Shown here piece after piece: positions 53,559-64,000 of a DNA stretch of 64,000 nt. The position numbers were made by a program, and so were the translations under genes. Where the stretch lies: positions 7,697-71,696 of the forward strand of contig CALSCP010000738.1 of the NCBI GenBank assembly GCA_943704425.1, in the 5' to 3' direction. Source of the DNA: Ministeria vibrans ATCC 50519 (lineage: Eukaryota > Protista > Filasterea). Below the pieces are notes generated by a model. The model ran no database searches, was not told the origin of the DNA, and was given only the letters and a program-made list of their open reading frames with translations. Every line of letters begins with the position of its first letter. Position 1 is the stretch's first letter.

Positions 53559-55368
53559 ACAAACTTATTATCAACGACGACAACAAGAGCAACAGACTTT
53601 ATCATGTGACGATATCTCTGGTACCGATTTGTGTGCTCCCGTAGGGCGGAGACGGTCTTTGTCGGACCCCATGGCAACACATGCGACCATTGCCGACTTG
53701 TTACAGACACTCGAACGATCAACACCCAGGCAACAACCGTTGGGCGTCCGCAGAGGCACCCATGACAGCGGCGATAACGACGCCAACGACGCCTTCAATC
53801 CGCTTCACGCCTCGTCCGTCTCTGCCGACGACATTATCGAGGCCATTGGTCACGGTAGTAGTTGTGGTGGTGCTAGTAGTAGTAGTAGTAGTGGTGCTGG
53901 TGGTGGTGGTGGTGGTGGTGGTGATGATGATGAGGCCGCTGCGTGTCCAACGACGCTCTCGCAAGAGCTCCCTCAGTTTTACTCGCGCGCCAGTGCACCG
54001 GAACTCACCGTGTCGTGGAACACAGACGTGAAGAATAACGTGCAATACAGCCACAATGTGGTGGTGACTCCCATTGAGGAGGTACACGGCACCGAGTCAC
54101 CATTGTCGGCAAGCGGGAATCATCCAACCGCAGTGCGCACACGCAGTCGTTCCATGCCGGTTGTGTCTGGCTCGCCGACGACTACCACCTTGTCTTCATC
54201 GATGCGTCTTGAGGATGCACTGGCCATTCTCGAAACGCCCGGAGACGACTTAAACTCCTACTCATCCGTAAGTACATCCTCCGCGGGTGCCCCGGCCTAT
54301 CCCACGCACTATGCTCCGCGTACCACTGCAGCTGATGTGTCACTGTCGCACCCACGCCATGTGCCATTGGCAAACTCGGTGCCTAGTGTGCACCTGGAAG
54401 GACAGCCCTTGGACACGGCCGTGTCGCAGTCGGAACACCGGACCGAACAGCACACGCAAAACATGTTGCGCCTCAAGCAGCATTTGCGCAAACAACAGCA
54501 GCGCTTGCAACAACACCATCAACAACAGCTGCGAGAACAGCACGCCTCACTTGCACAACAACTCTCGTCACATGAACATCCCGAATCGCAGGACGCCGCC
54601 GACGGCGAAGAAGATGATCTCTTGCTGCTACTGCCACAGCAACCTGAGCAAGACGGAAGTCCACAAGGCCGCGCGGCTGCAGCAGCAGCACTTCAACATC
54701 GTCATTCAGCATCGTCTCTCAGTACCGACTACAACAACAACCGAGTCTCGACGGCTGGCTCGCCGATGTCGTCGACGTTGCATCCGGTTCTCCAACGAAG
54801 GCACCACTCGGCGAACACGCTGACGTTTGGCAACGAAACCTTCAGCTATACACCCGCACACACCGCGTCGCTCGACAATCTTTCGTCGCTGCCCGATTCA
54901 ACCACTCATCACAGCATAATGGGGTCATTTGGACCGCACCGTGGCAGCGTTGGCGCCCTCTCGGTCGGTTCCGACGTCGCCCCGAGTCCTCTGCCCTCTC
55001 CCGGTGCTCTGGGCTCGAGCAGCGTCGGCTCCTCCTACACCAACATCCCCTCTGCACTCTCGCCCAACTCCCACCATGGAGGCAGTGCTGAGCCCCTCAC
55101 ACAGCTCACTTCATCACTCACGCTCGACACAGAAAAACAACAGCAACTACAAATGACAAACCGTGAATGGCAGTTCTACGACGAGACGCCCGAGGCGGAG
55201 AAGCAGCGCTTGCGTGCGTCTGCCGCTGCCGCCCGTGCCTCTGCACGCGCCGCCCCTCCTGCTGCCCCCACAGCCCTTCCTGCCGCCCCGTGGGCTGCCC
55301 AGTCCGCCCAGCAGAGCGATCGTGTGTGGGACTTTTGCTCAGAGACGGGAAAGAAAGGCCGAATGTGA
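52046..55368 (+). CDS. Largely disordered Ser/Gln/Gly-rich protein of unknown function (small 5' exons; large exon 52921-55368)
   Basis: ~2.4 kb open frame preceded by an AG acceptor at 52920 and an in-frame upstream exon (LRRRGSLNLDFLDLDGSD). Contains poly-Q and poly-G tracts. 5' end uncertain. Confidence 0.6.
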
Positions 55369-55533
55369 AAATAAATAATAATTATTATTAATAAACAAAA
55401 ATGAACGAACAGTATTGTACCAAAACTTAATAACGCTGATGTTTTAAATTGAGTTTTTTAAATAGAAGATTGAAAAAAAATCATAGTGATATTACAAGAG
55501 CTCGAGGCGCAACCTTATACAGTCTCTTCAAGT

Positions 55534-55592
55534 TCATGAAACTGGAGAGTGGACTTTTTGCGGTTGGACGACGAAGGACTGCGCGATCCTAA

Positions 55593-55680
<88 letters not shown>

Positions 55681-55758
55681 GGGAAAGAAACAAAGTAATA
55701 GAGAGAGAAAAAGAAACAGAGATTGAGAGGGAGGGAGAGAAAGAAACAGATGCAAAGT

Positions 55759-55819
<61 letters not shown>

Positions 55820-57179
55820 AAGAAACAAAGTGTTAAAGAGAGACAGAGAGACGGAGAGACAGAGAGACAGAGACAGAGACGGAGACAGAGACAGAGAGGA
55901 GGAAGAAAGAAACAAAGCGATAGAGAGAGACAGAGAGAAGGGAAAAAGAAACAAAGTAATAGAGAGAAGGAAGAAAAAAACAAAGTGATAGAGAGAGACA
56001 GAGAGAAGGGGGAAAGAAACAAAGTAATAGAGAGAGAAAAAGAAACAGAGATTGAGAGGGAGGGAGAGAAAGAAACAGATGCAAAGTGATGGAGAGAGAG
56101 AGAGAGAGAGAGAAATAGAGTAATGTAAAACAATTTCAAGGGTACCTCTGAGAGATGAGAGAGCATTGACTTCGACGGGCTGCGACGCGAGGATTCCATC
56201 AGTGTCATCGTCAAGGGCGTCGTTGTCGTCTTCGCCGCCGCGCAGGACCATCTCGTCGCCGTCCTGTCCTACGGTGTTGTACCCCTGTTGTGTTGCTCGC
56301 TGTCGCGAAAACCGCGCCACAAGCGCTCCAAACCGTCGTCGTGTTGCCTCGCCCATTTCCGAGAGTTTAGACCGCACTGTGGACTCCTCTCTGTATACAA
56401 TTTTGTCATCAGTGCGCAATCGATTACTTTGTTCGTACGCGTTGTTAGCGCTCTGGGGGTGTCGATGAGTCCTGTGTCTGCCGCGGCGAGCTTCACGATC
56501 GGCCACCAATGCGCGCTGGTACTCGTCGTCGTCTTGCAGCTGTCGTTGGAACTCGTCGCTTTGCAGCAGTTGCGCCAAGAGTGCATCCCGACCTGTTTGC
56601 GTTGAGAGAGGCGCATCACTCGAGTTGGGCGCAAGGAAGTGGGCAGGGAAAGGGAGCAGGAGAGGGGTGGTAGGAGGTTCAAGAGGCACAGCGGCAGAGG
56701 CCGTGGGATTGGCGGAGGCGGGGACAGAGGCGACGGTGGAAGGAGGTCGAGGTCGAGGCTGAACTTGCTGCGAAAAAAGAGAAGAATCAATCAGGGAGCG
56801 CGCCATTGTGCTTTGGTGCAACACGCCTCGATACCACAGCTTCAAGGGGTGCGCTCCCGTCGCTTTGGACGGAGGCAAGAATCTACAAAAAGAAAGAGAA
56901 TGACGTTGTTAGAGTGGTGGCAGACCGAGTTTAAGTAGGTGTACCGCTGCCTGATGCTGGGGCGCCTCGGTATCGGGAGTACCAATGGCCAGAAGCGCAT
57001 CGATGGCATCGTCGAGGTTCGGGTTGGCCGCCAAGGTCGCCTTGATTCCATTTGGCGCTACGTCGAGTTGGAGTTGCGTCAAAAAACAAAATCCACATTT
57101 TGGTCACTTGTGAGTTGTGATCGCCCATACCGATGTTAGGAAACATCATCACCAGAGTTTTGTAGTCATCATTATTCAT
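55534..57179 (-). CDS. CUEDC1: CUE-domain protein, CUEDC1-like, multi-exon
   Basis: N-terminal CUE (LVMMFPNI...IKATLAANPNLDDAIDALL), DALLAQLLQSDEFQRQL and RSKLSEMGEATRRRFGALVARFS. Last exon uncertain. Confidence 0.72.
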
Positions 57180-57236
57180 TATAAAAAAAATAATAAAAAT
57201 GAATCGAAGTCAGAAGAAGAAATAAAAATCGTAATA

Positions 57237-57289
<53 letters not shown>

Positions 57290-57293
57290 ATAC

Positions 57294-57440
57294 AGTCACC
57301 AGATCTACAACAAAAACACAAGTGCAATCGCTATCCAGTGAGGTAATCGCAACGGTACGCCATACTCCAGTGACTACCAGTGAGGGCTTAGGGCTCTGAA
57401 AAGCTGTAACAGCTGTCTAACGAGTAAAACTCGGTGCGAA
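57294..57440. repeat. Dispersed repeat, copy 2, adjacent to a (TTA)n tract
   Basis: Matches 859-984 with small indels and substitutions. Confidence 0.9.
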
Positions 57441-57685
57441 CGATCATCCGGCTGATACGCTCGTTGTTGTGGCTGTAGTTCAGACGACGATGCTGCAGGG
57501 TCGTCCGTATCTGGGTTAGCGGGCGGGTTAGCGGTGTGTGTTAAAACTGTCTGCGGCCTGTTGAAGCTGCGGTCGCTGCGGTTCTTCCTCCACAGGAATG
57601 ATGATTAAAACTTCGTGGACTTGATCGTGAGCAAAAAAATAATTTTAAAATATAATATTATTTCACCACTACTCCGTACATCGTT

Positions 57686-59155
57686 ATGAATCATATGTTT
57701 CGCAAAGTAGGAGGGACCGAGGGACAGGTTTATGCGCTAACGGAGGATTCTCCCGCGGCAATGCTCATTTCAACAATCTCGTTGTCCGGTGTGGCAATTC
57801 CCGTTATCATGGCGACTACCTCTGGCCACATCGACTCACAGTGGTATTGTTTTAATAGGTGACATTACTGAGGAGGGACTGAAAGACGCCGCGCGCCAGT
57901 TTCAGGCGCGTCATACTCTGGCACGCGCCAAAGTAGAGGAACAAGGTGAACAACTCTACTTCGTGGAGGACCCACGAACCATCCCTGTGACTACAACCAC
58001 AGTCGAGTCGGCAGAAGGACGTGAAAAGGCAGTGAAGGCGAGTCAGCTTGAGATTGGGCACACACCAGGTCGAGGGTACGTCCCACTGGCGATTCATCTT
58101 GTGAGCGGTCCGGCGCCCGACGAACACGTCCTCATCTGCGGTGCAAGCCACATGGTGAGCGACCTGCAAGGAATGGTTGTGTTCGTGAGTGATATTTTGC
58201 GTGCCCTGGACGGCCAGACACTCGAGCCGTCCGATACGGTTCCGCCAGTCATTTCCGATGTGGTGCCCGACAACGACCGCGGCTTCTGGAAGCTCCTCAA
58301 GACTGTGCCGACAGTGATTCGCGTGCTATGGAACCTACGAAAGGCTCAAAAGACACTCATGTCTGTCTCGCCAACGGGCAAGATAGGGCCCGCCGACGAG
58401 CGATCGTGCGTTTGGGCGACACACCGTCTTGAAGCGGAACGACTCGATGTGCTCCAGTCACTGTGCAAACTACACTCAATCAGCGTGCATGCAGCACTGC
58501 TTGCGGCCATGCAAGCGGCACTGCTTGATCTTGTCTGGTCTGAAGGGCGTCTGGAGGAGTGTGTGCAGCGCATGGGCGATCCTGAGCGCTTCTCCTTCTT
58601 CCACAACACAACCATCGACCTCCGCCGCCATGTTCCCGCACCTCCGCCCCCAGAGACCTTTGCGCATCTGTCTAGCGGCACAGGACACCTTGCACAAGTC
58701 AACGTGGCCGCGTACCTGCGCAATGCGGCGCAGGGCGGGTTCACTTCGGCCGAGCTGTGGAGCAATGCGCAGCGAGTGCACTCGGGACTGCAGGAGGCAC
58801 TAACATCGCGCGGATACCTCGCCTTCGTGCCCTTCATGGACGGCATGTCGCCGAGCAAGGCCAAGGGAGCCGCCAGTGGAATGCTTGAGAAGCCCATGGT
58901 CGCCGTGTCGCTGGCGAACCTGGGTCGTGTGACGCTGCCGACACTGACGTCATCGCGGGTGTGTGTCCAGGGAGCACTCGATGTGCTCCAGTGGGCGGGC
59001 CTGGGTCTCGACACAACTGCCATGTGTGTGTGCACCGCGAACCGTGTGCTCTCTGCGACCTTCTCTGCCCCGTCGCCCTCTGTCTCCCAGCACAAGGTCG
59101 ACACTTTCATTGCATCCTTTGCGACGCGACTCAATGCCCTGATCGACCAACAAGA

Positions 59156-59162
<7 letters not shown>
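57686..59162 (+). CDS. CoA-dependent acyltransferase of the condensation-domain fold (PapA5/alcohol acetyltransferase-like); one intron ~57789-57858
   Basis: N-terminal RKVGGTE, ARHTLARAKV, HxxxD motif SHMVSDLQG, CKLHSISVHAALLAA, TIDLRRH and SLANLG. Confidence 0.78.
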
Positions 59163-59246
<84 letters not shown>

Positions 59247-59795
59247 ACAATCTTAGTAATCGTCACCACGCGAGAGGACCTCTGACATTTACTATGTAAA
59301 TAAATAATTGTAGGCATTTATTTCACAACGTCGTAATTTTTACACAGTGGGCTTGGCTGATTGGCTCTTTTATTTTACTACCCTTGTCAAACCCCTTTAG
59401 TCTTTACATAGTAATCTGGATTCTGGATTCTGGTGCCATATCAGACAGTCTAGCGTGAGTGCCCGGAGGTAGCTCCCTCTATTATGGTCATTCATTCTGG
59501 GTATTGGATAAAACCGTACTTATTTTTGTTTTTGTCTTCTTGTACCCTCTCTCTTTCTCCAGGTACGCTCCCTTACCTTAGTGACGTTAGTGTTTGTCGA
59601 TTAAGAAGAAATGTAAAGGTGCTATGCAGCTTGATCGACGCTGATCTAGATAAGTTGTCGTTTCAGTCTTTTTAATCCCTTTCTTTTCATTCATCATAGA
59701 GCAGAAAAAACGCTGTTGGTTTGTGTGATCAGTCCATATACTTGGTATCAGGTATACACTTTAATCTCAAGTGAAAATGCCGGTACCCACAACAT

Positions 59796-59817
59796 TATAT
59801 AAAATAGCATTATATAT
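59796..59817 (+). promoter_or_regulatory. TATA-like elements upstream of the permuted tRNA
   Basis: TATATAAAA at 59796-59804 and TATATAT at 59811-59817, ~25-45 nt upstream of the complementary leader. Confidence 0.5.
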
Positions 59818-59851
59818 CACTTTTTCTTGTTTTCCGCTTTGAACGATTGTT

Positions 59852-59943
59852 ATCAATTCTCTACGGAGGCGTGAGTTCAAATCTCACTGGCGTCGCTTGT
59901 AATTCGACGCTATGGCGGAGTGGTCTAACGCGATTGACTTGAA
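59852..59943 (+). tRNA. Circularly permuted tRNA-Ser(UGA): 3' half 59852-59895, 10-nt spacer, 5' half 59906-59943
   Basis: The swapped halves rebuild a full 82-nt cloverleaf: acceptor GACGCTA/TGGCGTC plus G73, D arm GCG/CGC with GG18-19, anticodon stem ATTGA/TCAAT with loop CT-TGA-AA, long variable arm CTC-TACG-GAG, and T arm GTGAG-TTCAAAT-CTCAC. Confidence 0.93.
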
Positions 59944-59949
59944 TCGTTA

Positions 59950-59959
59950 TTTTTTTTTT
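59950..59959 (+). terminator. Pol III oligo(dT) terminator
   Basis: Run of 10 T starting 7 nt after the end of the tRNA 5' half. Confidence 0.75.
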
Positions 59960-60136
59960 GATCCATCTATCTACTTGGAAAGATCCAAGGAGAGTAGGAG
60001 AGAGGAAGATTTTTTTTTTTTCGTTTCGTAAGAAAAATAATAATTAATAATATTATTTATTATAGAGAAAAGAATCGAAATAATATTTTTTTTTCGATTT
60101 TTATTGTTCTGTACACAAACTACATTTTTTTTTGTG

Positions 60137-60955
60137 TTACGTTGCACGAATAAGGTTTAGCAGTAGAGAACGCAGTTCTGCCTCCGATATATCTGCAGCT
60201 TCTGATCTGCGCTTATTAAGTGCATTGACGCACATGGTTTCCAGCACATCCTATGCAACAGACAGGTAAGTTACAAAGAGGAACATCAAAGGGACACAAC
60301 TCTACTCTCACTCGTTTTGCTTGTGAAATGGCCGAATGAGTCAGTCCCACCAGTCGAGCATATTCAACTAGTGGTTCTCCTTGGTAATACCTACCACAAA
60401 AAAGCAAGAGAGAGAAAGAGAAAGAAAGAGAGAGAATGATTAAGTATGCACACACACACAAGCCTCTTTACCGAGTCGCCCGTTGAAACTGCTCTTTCTC
60501 ATCCTCAAACCAGTCTGCCTCCGTCACATCTAGCAGCTTCTTAGAGTTGGCCTTGACGCGCCGCGCAAGCTCATCCAATTGCTATAATAAACACTATTAT
60601 TCGCACATGTACACCACACACAAACCACACACACTCCTATATCGTTCTCTCTCCATCACTTTTGTTTCTCTCTCTATCACTTTCTCGCTCCCTCTATCTA
60701 TCTCTATTAGTTATCTCTCTCTCTATCTATCTCTATTAGTTGTCTCTCTCTCTCTACCACTTCGTTCTTTCTCCCTCTCTCTCTCTCTATCACTTTGTTT
60801 CTTTCTCCCCTCTCTCTCTCTATCACTTAGTTTCTTTCTCCCTCCTCTCTCTCTATCACTGTATCTCTTTCTCCCTCTCTCTCTCTATCACTTTGTTTCT
60901 TTCTCCCTCCTCTCTCTCTCTATCACTTTGTTTCTTTCTCCCTCCTCTCTCTCTT

Positions 60956-61053
<98 letters not shown>

Positions 61054-62288
61054 TCGTTGCACGCGCAATGCTTTCTCCTCTCGCTCCTCCCACTCCTTCA
61101 GTCGTGTTTTATCCTGTTTTCGTGTGTTGTTGTTGATAGAGTATGATTAAACAGAAACAATATAAGAAAATGATTGATACCTTTCGTTTGAGGTACCGAC
61201 GCACCAAATTGTCGAGAGTGACGCAGGGTGTCATGGACCAGTTCTCGGGGACTGTTGCTCTGCAAGTGACACACTCACGTGCATCGCCAGACTTCCACGC
61301 GAGCCATTGGGTGATGCAGCCACGACAAAACTGGTGGCCGCACGGCAGTGAGACGGTGCGCACAAAGAGATCCTGGCAAATGAGACACGTCATTTCTTGC
61401 TCGGCCTCATCGTCATCCTCTTCATCATCGACATTGTGGCTGTCGGCACCACCCTTCGTCGTCGTGGTTGTAGTTGTGCTCGTGACAGGGGTGCTTTCAG
61501 TTTCTCTTAGGAGCGGCTCGTCGTCGTTGTCGTGCGCCAATTCAACAGTGGCACCTTCGCCCGTCAGTTCGCTGCTACCATCTTGGACGCCATCGTTGCT
61601 GTCGCATGGCACGTCTACGACACCGTCGCCAGCCGTCGAGACTGGCGTCGACTCAAGACTGTCCCCTTCCAATATCTTGTTTCGTTTCCGTTGGCGTTCC
61701 TCCTCCACAAGCTCGCTTGCACGTCGCTTCAGGCTTGCCTCAATCGACTCAAAGAATTCCCCTGTCCCACGCACCTCATACACAAACTCCCGCGCCCGTG
61801 GCCCAAACCGCAGCTTGTCTCCGTCGTGAAGCAAACGAGGCGCCTAAATCAAATGGGGGACGAACAACCGACTTATCAGCTCCTCTGGCGACCCTCTTCC
61901 TTTGGTGCACCTCCACTCGCTTCCCGTTCACGTAGGAGCCATTGAGACTCCCAAGGTCGGTAAACACGATCGCTTTGGAGGCGGTGTTCAGTGAGAGAGT
62001 CGCATGTTTTCTAGACAGAAAAAAAAAAAAGTTGGCGTTTTCTACTGTCACAAGCACGACGTACAGGCAAGCCCGACGCACACACCCGCACGCACACACA
62101 CACACACACACATCCTCCCCCTCCCGACCATACCTCCCAATAGTCTGTGGTCGCACCTGGGAGTCAAACACCACCGTCGCCTGCGCCTGACTCCGCCCCA
62201 CCACAACCACCGGTGGGCTGTCGCTGATTTCAATGGTTTCCGGTCCCGACTCGATCTCAGAGATGCGACAGAGCCTAGGATAGCTCAT
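60137..62288 (-). CDS. FHA + RING E3 ubiquitin ligase (RNF8/CHFR-like), multi-exon
   Basis: FHA motifs VVVGRS, RKHATL, DLGSLNGSYVNG and LHDGDKLRFG. C3HC4 RING CLICQDLFVRTVSLPCGHQFCRGC...CVTCR. Confidence 0.85.
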
Positions 62289-62479
62289 AATGGAGAGTTA
62301 AAACAAACTGAGTTGTAACTCGGCTTCGTAGGTGGATAAATAATGTTTATAAGTTTATCGTTTGAGCAACGATTGATTCTATTTGAATTCCTTACATTCT
62401 TCGAATATTCATAATAATATTAGGCGGTCTGGCTGTGTCTTCGCGTGGTGACTGTATCATTAATAAATGGGTTGTATTC

Positions 62480-62654
<175 letters not shown>

Positions 62655-62672
62655 AATCAGACAGTTCAAATT

Positions 62673-64000
62673 TTATTTCTTCTCTCCTCCACTCGTATCA
62701 TCACCGCTGGCCAGCCCCGCCTCCTTCTCCGCCTCCATCTTTTTCTGCTCCTCGCGCGCCGCTCGTCGTTCCTTGGCGGCCGCCACCTCGGCCGGTCGGC
62801 GAGCCAAGTACACCTTGTGCAACACCTTGCCTCGCTGCGTCCACCGACTCGTCTCGACCAGACGCGTGTGTGCAAGGGACTCAACCGCCTGGCGCAATGG
62901 AACCACATCAACAACGGAAATGCGCGAGCCTGCGTGAACCACTGACTGCCCAATCATGAGGGCTGCTGCACAGTGCATCTCGAGCTTGCCACGGTCACAC
63001 AAGTCGCCGTAGGCACGCGCCTGGCCCTGCGCCTCGTACGTGCGCTCCAGCTTGCTCTGCAGCGTCTCACAAAACTTGGTCGCCGTCAGCACCACCGACT
63101 CATCCACCTCGACATCGTTGTCGTCGGCGTCCAGACTGTAGCCACAGCCACACGCAAGCGGTGTGTAGCCCTCGTGCCATGCCGTGCGTCCCACTACGTC
63201 CGCCAACAGACTCACCGCCGTCGGCAACGTCTCGCTCGCCGCAATGCTGACGCAGAGGGTCACCAGCGACGAGAGAGGCGCCCGAAACACCGGTTCGTCC
63301 AGGCGTCGTTGGTCTTCGCGCGCCTGCTCCGTCTTCACGTCCGCCTGCAGCGCACGACCCACATCAAACATGAGTGCCGAAAAGAACCGCGCGCACGCCT
63401 GCACCACCGCAAGTTCGCTTCGATAGTCGCGCATCAGGGTGACCACACGCGCAAGCAACTCAAAGCCATGCGCATCGTTGAGCGCGTCCACAACAGCTCG
63501 GCGCTGCGCACGCGTGTTGCGCACCAGCAGCGAATGGAGCACATCGATGCGCGTGAGCAGTTCAGCTCGCGCATTGCCTGAAGACGGTACCACAATGATG
63601 CGTCGCACCACTGCCGTGTCAATGAGCACCAGATGAAAGTCAGTGTGTTCGTCAAGACACGCCGCCAAATTGACCCGGCCACGGCGCAAGTGCAACAACT
63701 GTGACAACAGACGGAGCAGCGGTAGTGCACGGTGGCGATCGACGACGCGCAGCTCGGCCACTAGACTGTGCACAAAGGCCTCGTCGGTGCGTCGCGATGC
63801 CTCGCGCGCCGCAAAGCACACCGACCCTTGGTCAATGATGCTGTAGTTGAGACGACGCGCTATGCACATCAGAAACTCTTCGACGGCCGCAGCGTCGTCG
63901 TCGTCGCCCTTGCTGGCCTTGGCATCGCCTCCACCACTACCATCCGAAGTAAGTGAAGGGTAGAACAGGCGCGACACAAGCATAAAGTGGTCGCGCAGAA
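62673..64000 (-). CDS. C-terminal part of an unknown alpha-helical protein (gene begins beyond the right edge)
   Basis: >1.3 kb open frame with L/A/R-rich helical composition ending at a stop at 62673. No family recognised. Confidence 0.6.
   Translation of the reverse strand, partial: LRDHFMLVSRLFYPSLTSDGSGGGDAKASKGDDDDAAAVEEFLMCIARRLNYSIIDQGSVCFAAREASRRTDEAFVHSLVAELRVVDRHRALPLLRLLSQLLHLRRGRVNLAACLDEHTDFHLVLIDTAVVRRIIVVPSSGNARAELLTRIDVLHSLLVRNTRAQRRAVVDALNDAHGFELLARVVTLMRDYRSELAVVQACARFFSALMFDVGRALQADVKTEQAREDQRRLDEPVFRAPLSSLVTLCVSIAASETLPTAVSLLADVVGRTAWHEGYTPLACGCGYSLDADDNDVEVDESVVLTATKFCETLQSKLERTYEAQGQARAYGDLCDRGKLEMHCAAALMIGQSVVHAGSRISVVDVVPLRQAVESLAHTRLVETSRWTQRGKVLHKVYLARRPAEVAAAKERRAAREEQKKMEAEKEAGLASGDDTSGGEKK

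Noticed and set aside
59560-59700. Box C/D snoRNA on the minus strand (ATGATGA...CTGA)
   Set aside because: Short boxes arise by chance in AT-rich DNA, and I found no terminal stem or recognisable guide.
59938-59943. Reading the TGA anticodon as a selenocysteine or opal-suppressor tRNA
   Set aside because: Anticodon UGA decodes UCA (Ser); Sec and opal suppressors have anticodon UCA. The 7/5 acceptor/T stems and ordinary D arm fit tRNA-Ser.
59780-60020. Remnant of a tandem pair of ordinary tRNA genes
   Set aside because: There is no 5' half upstream and no 3' half downstream. The halves end precisely at 37/38 with complementary flanks and an immediate terminator.

Overview
Gene-dense, intron-rich eukaryotic genomic DNA with GT-AG introns, many (GA)n/(CA)n/(TAA)n microsatellites and assembly gaps. 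Gene content (ITPR, LRRC59-like, CUEDC1-like, PepT-type SLC15, EGF-repeat protein, DD3-3, AIM25-like scramblase) suggests a unicellular protist, plausibly a relative of animals; this is inference. About 20 protein-coding genes were recognised from recalled family motifs, with no database searches run. The standout observation is a circularly permuted tRNA-Ser(UGA) gene at 59852-59943: the 3' half precedes the 5' half, split at position 37/38, with complementary flanks, upstream TATA-like elements and a T10 terminator. Other points: tandem proline dehydrogenase paralogues, one with Cys at the specificity Tyr; a catalytically dead calpain fused to an EFCAB7-like EF-hand module; a two-copy structured dispersed repeat; and a probable chimeric join inside WASHC4. 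Exon boundaries were read by eye and are approximate.
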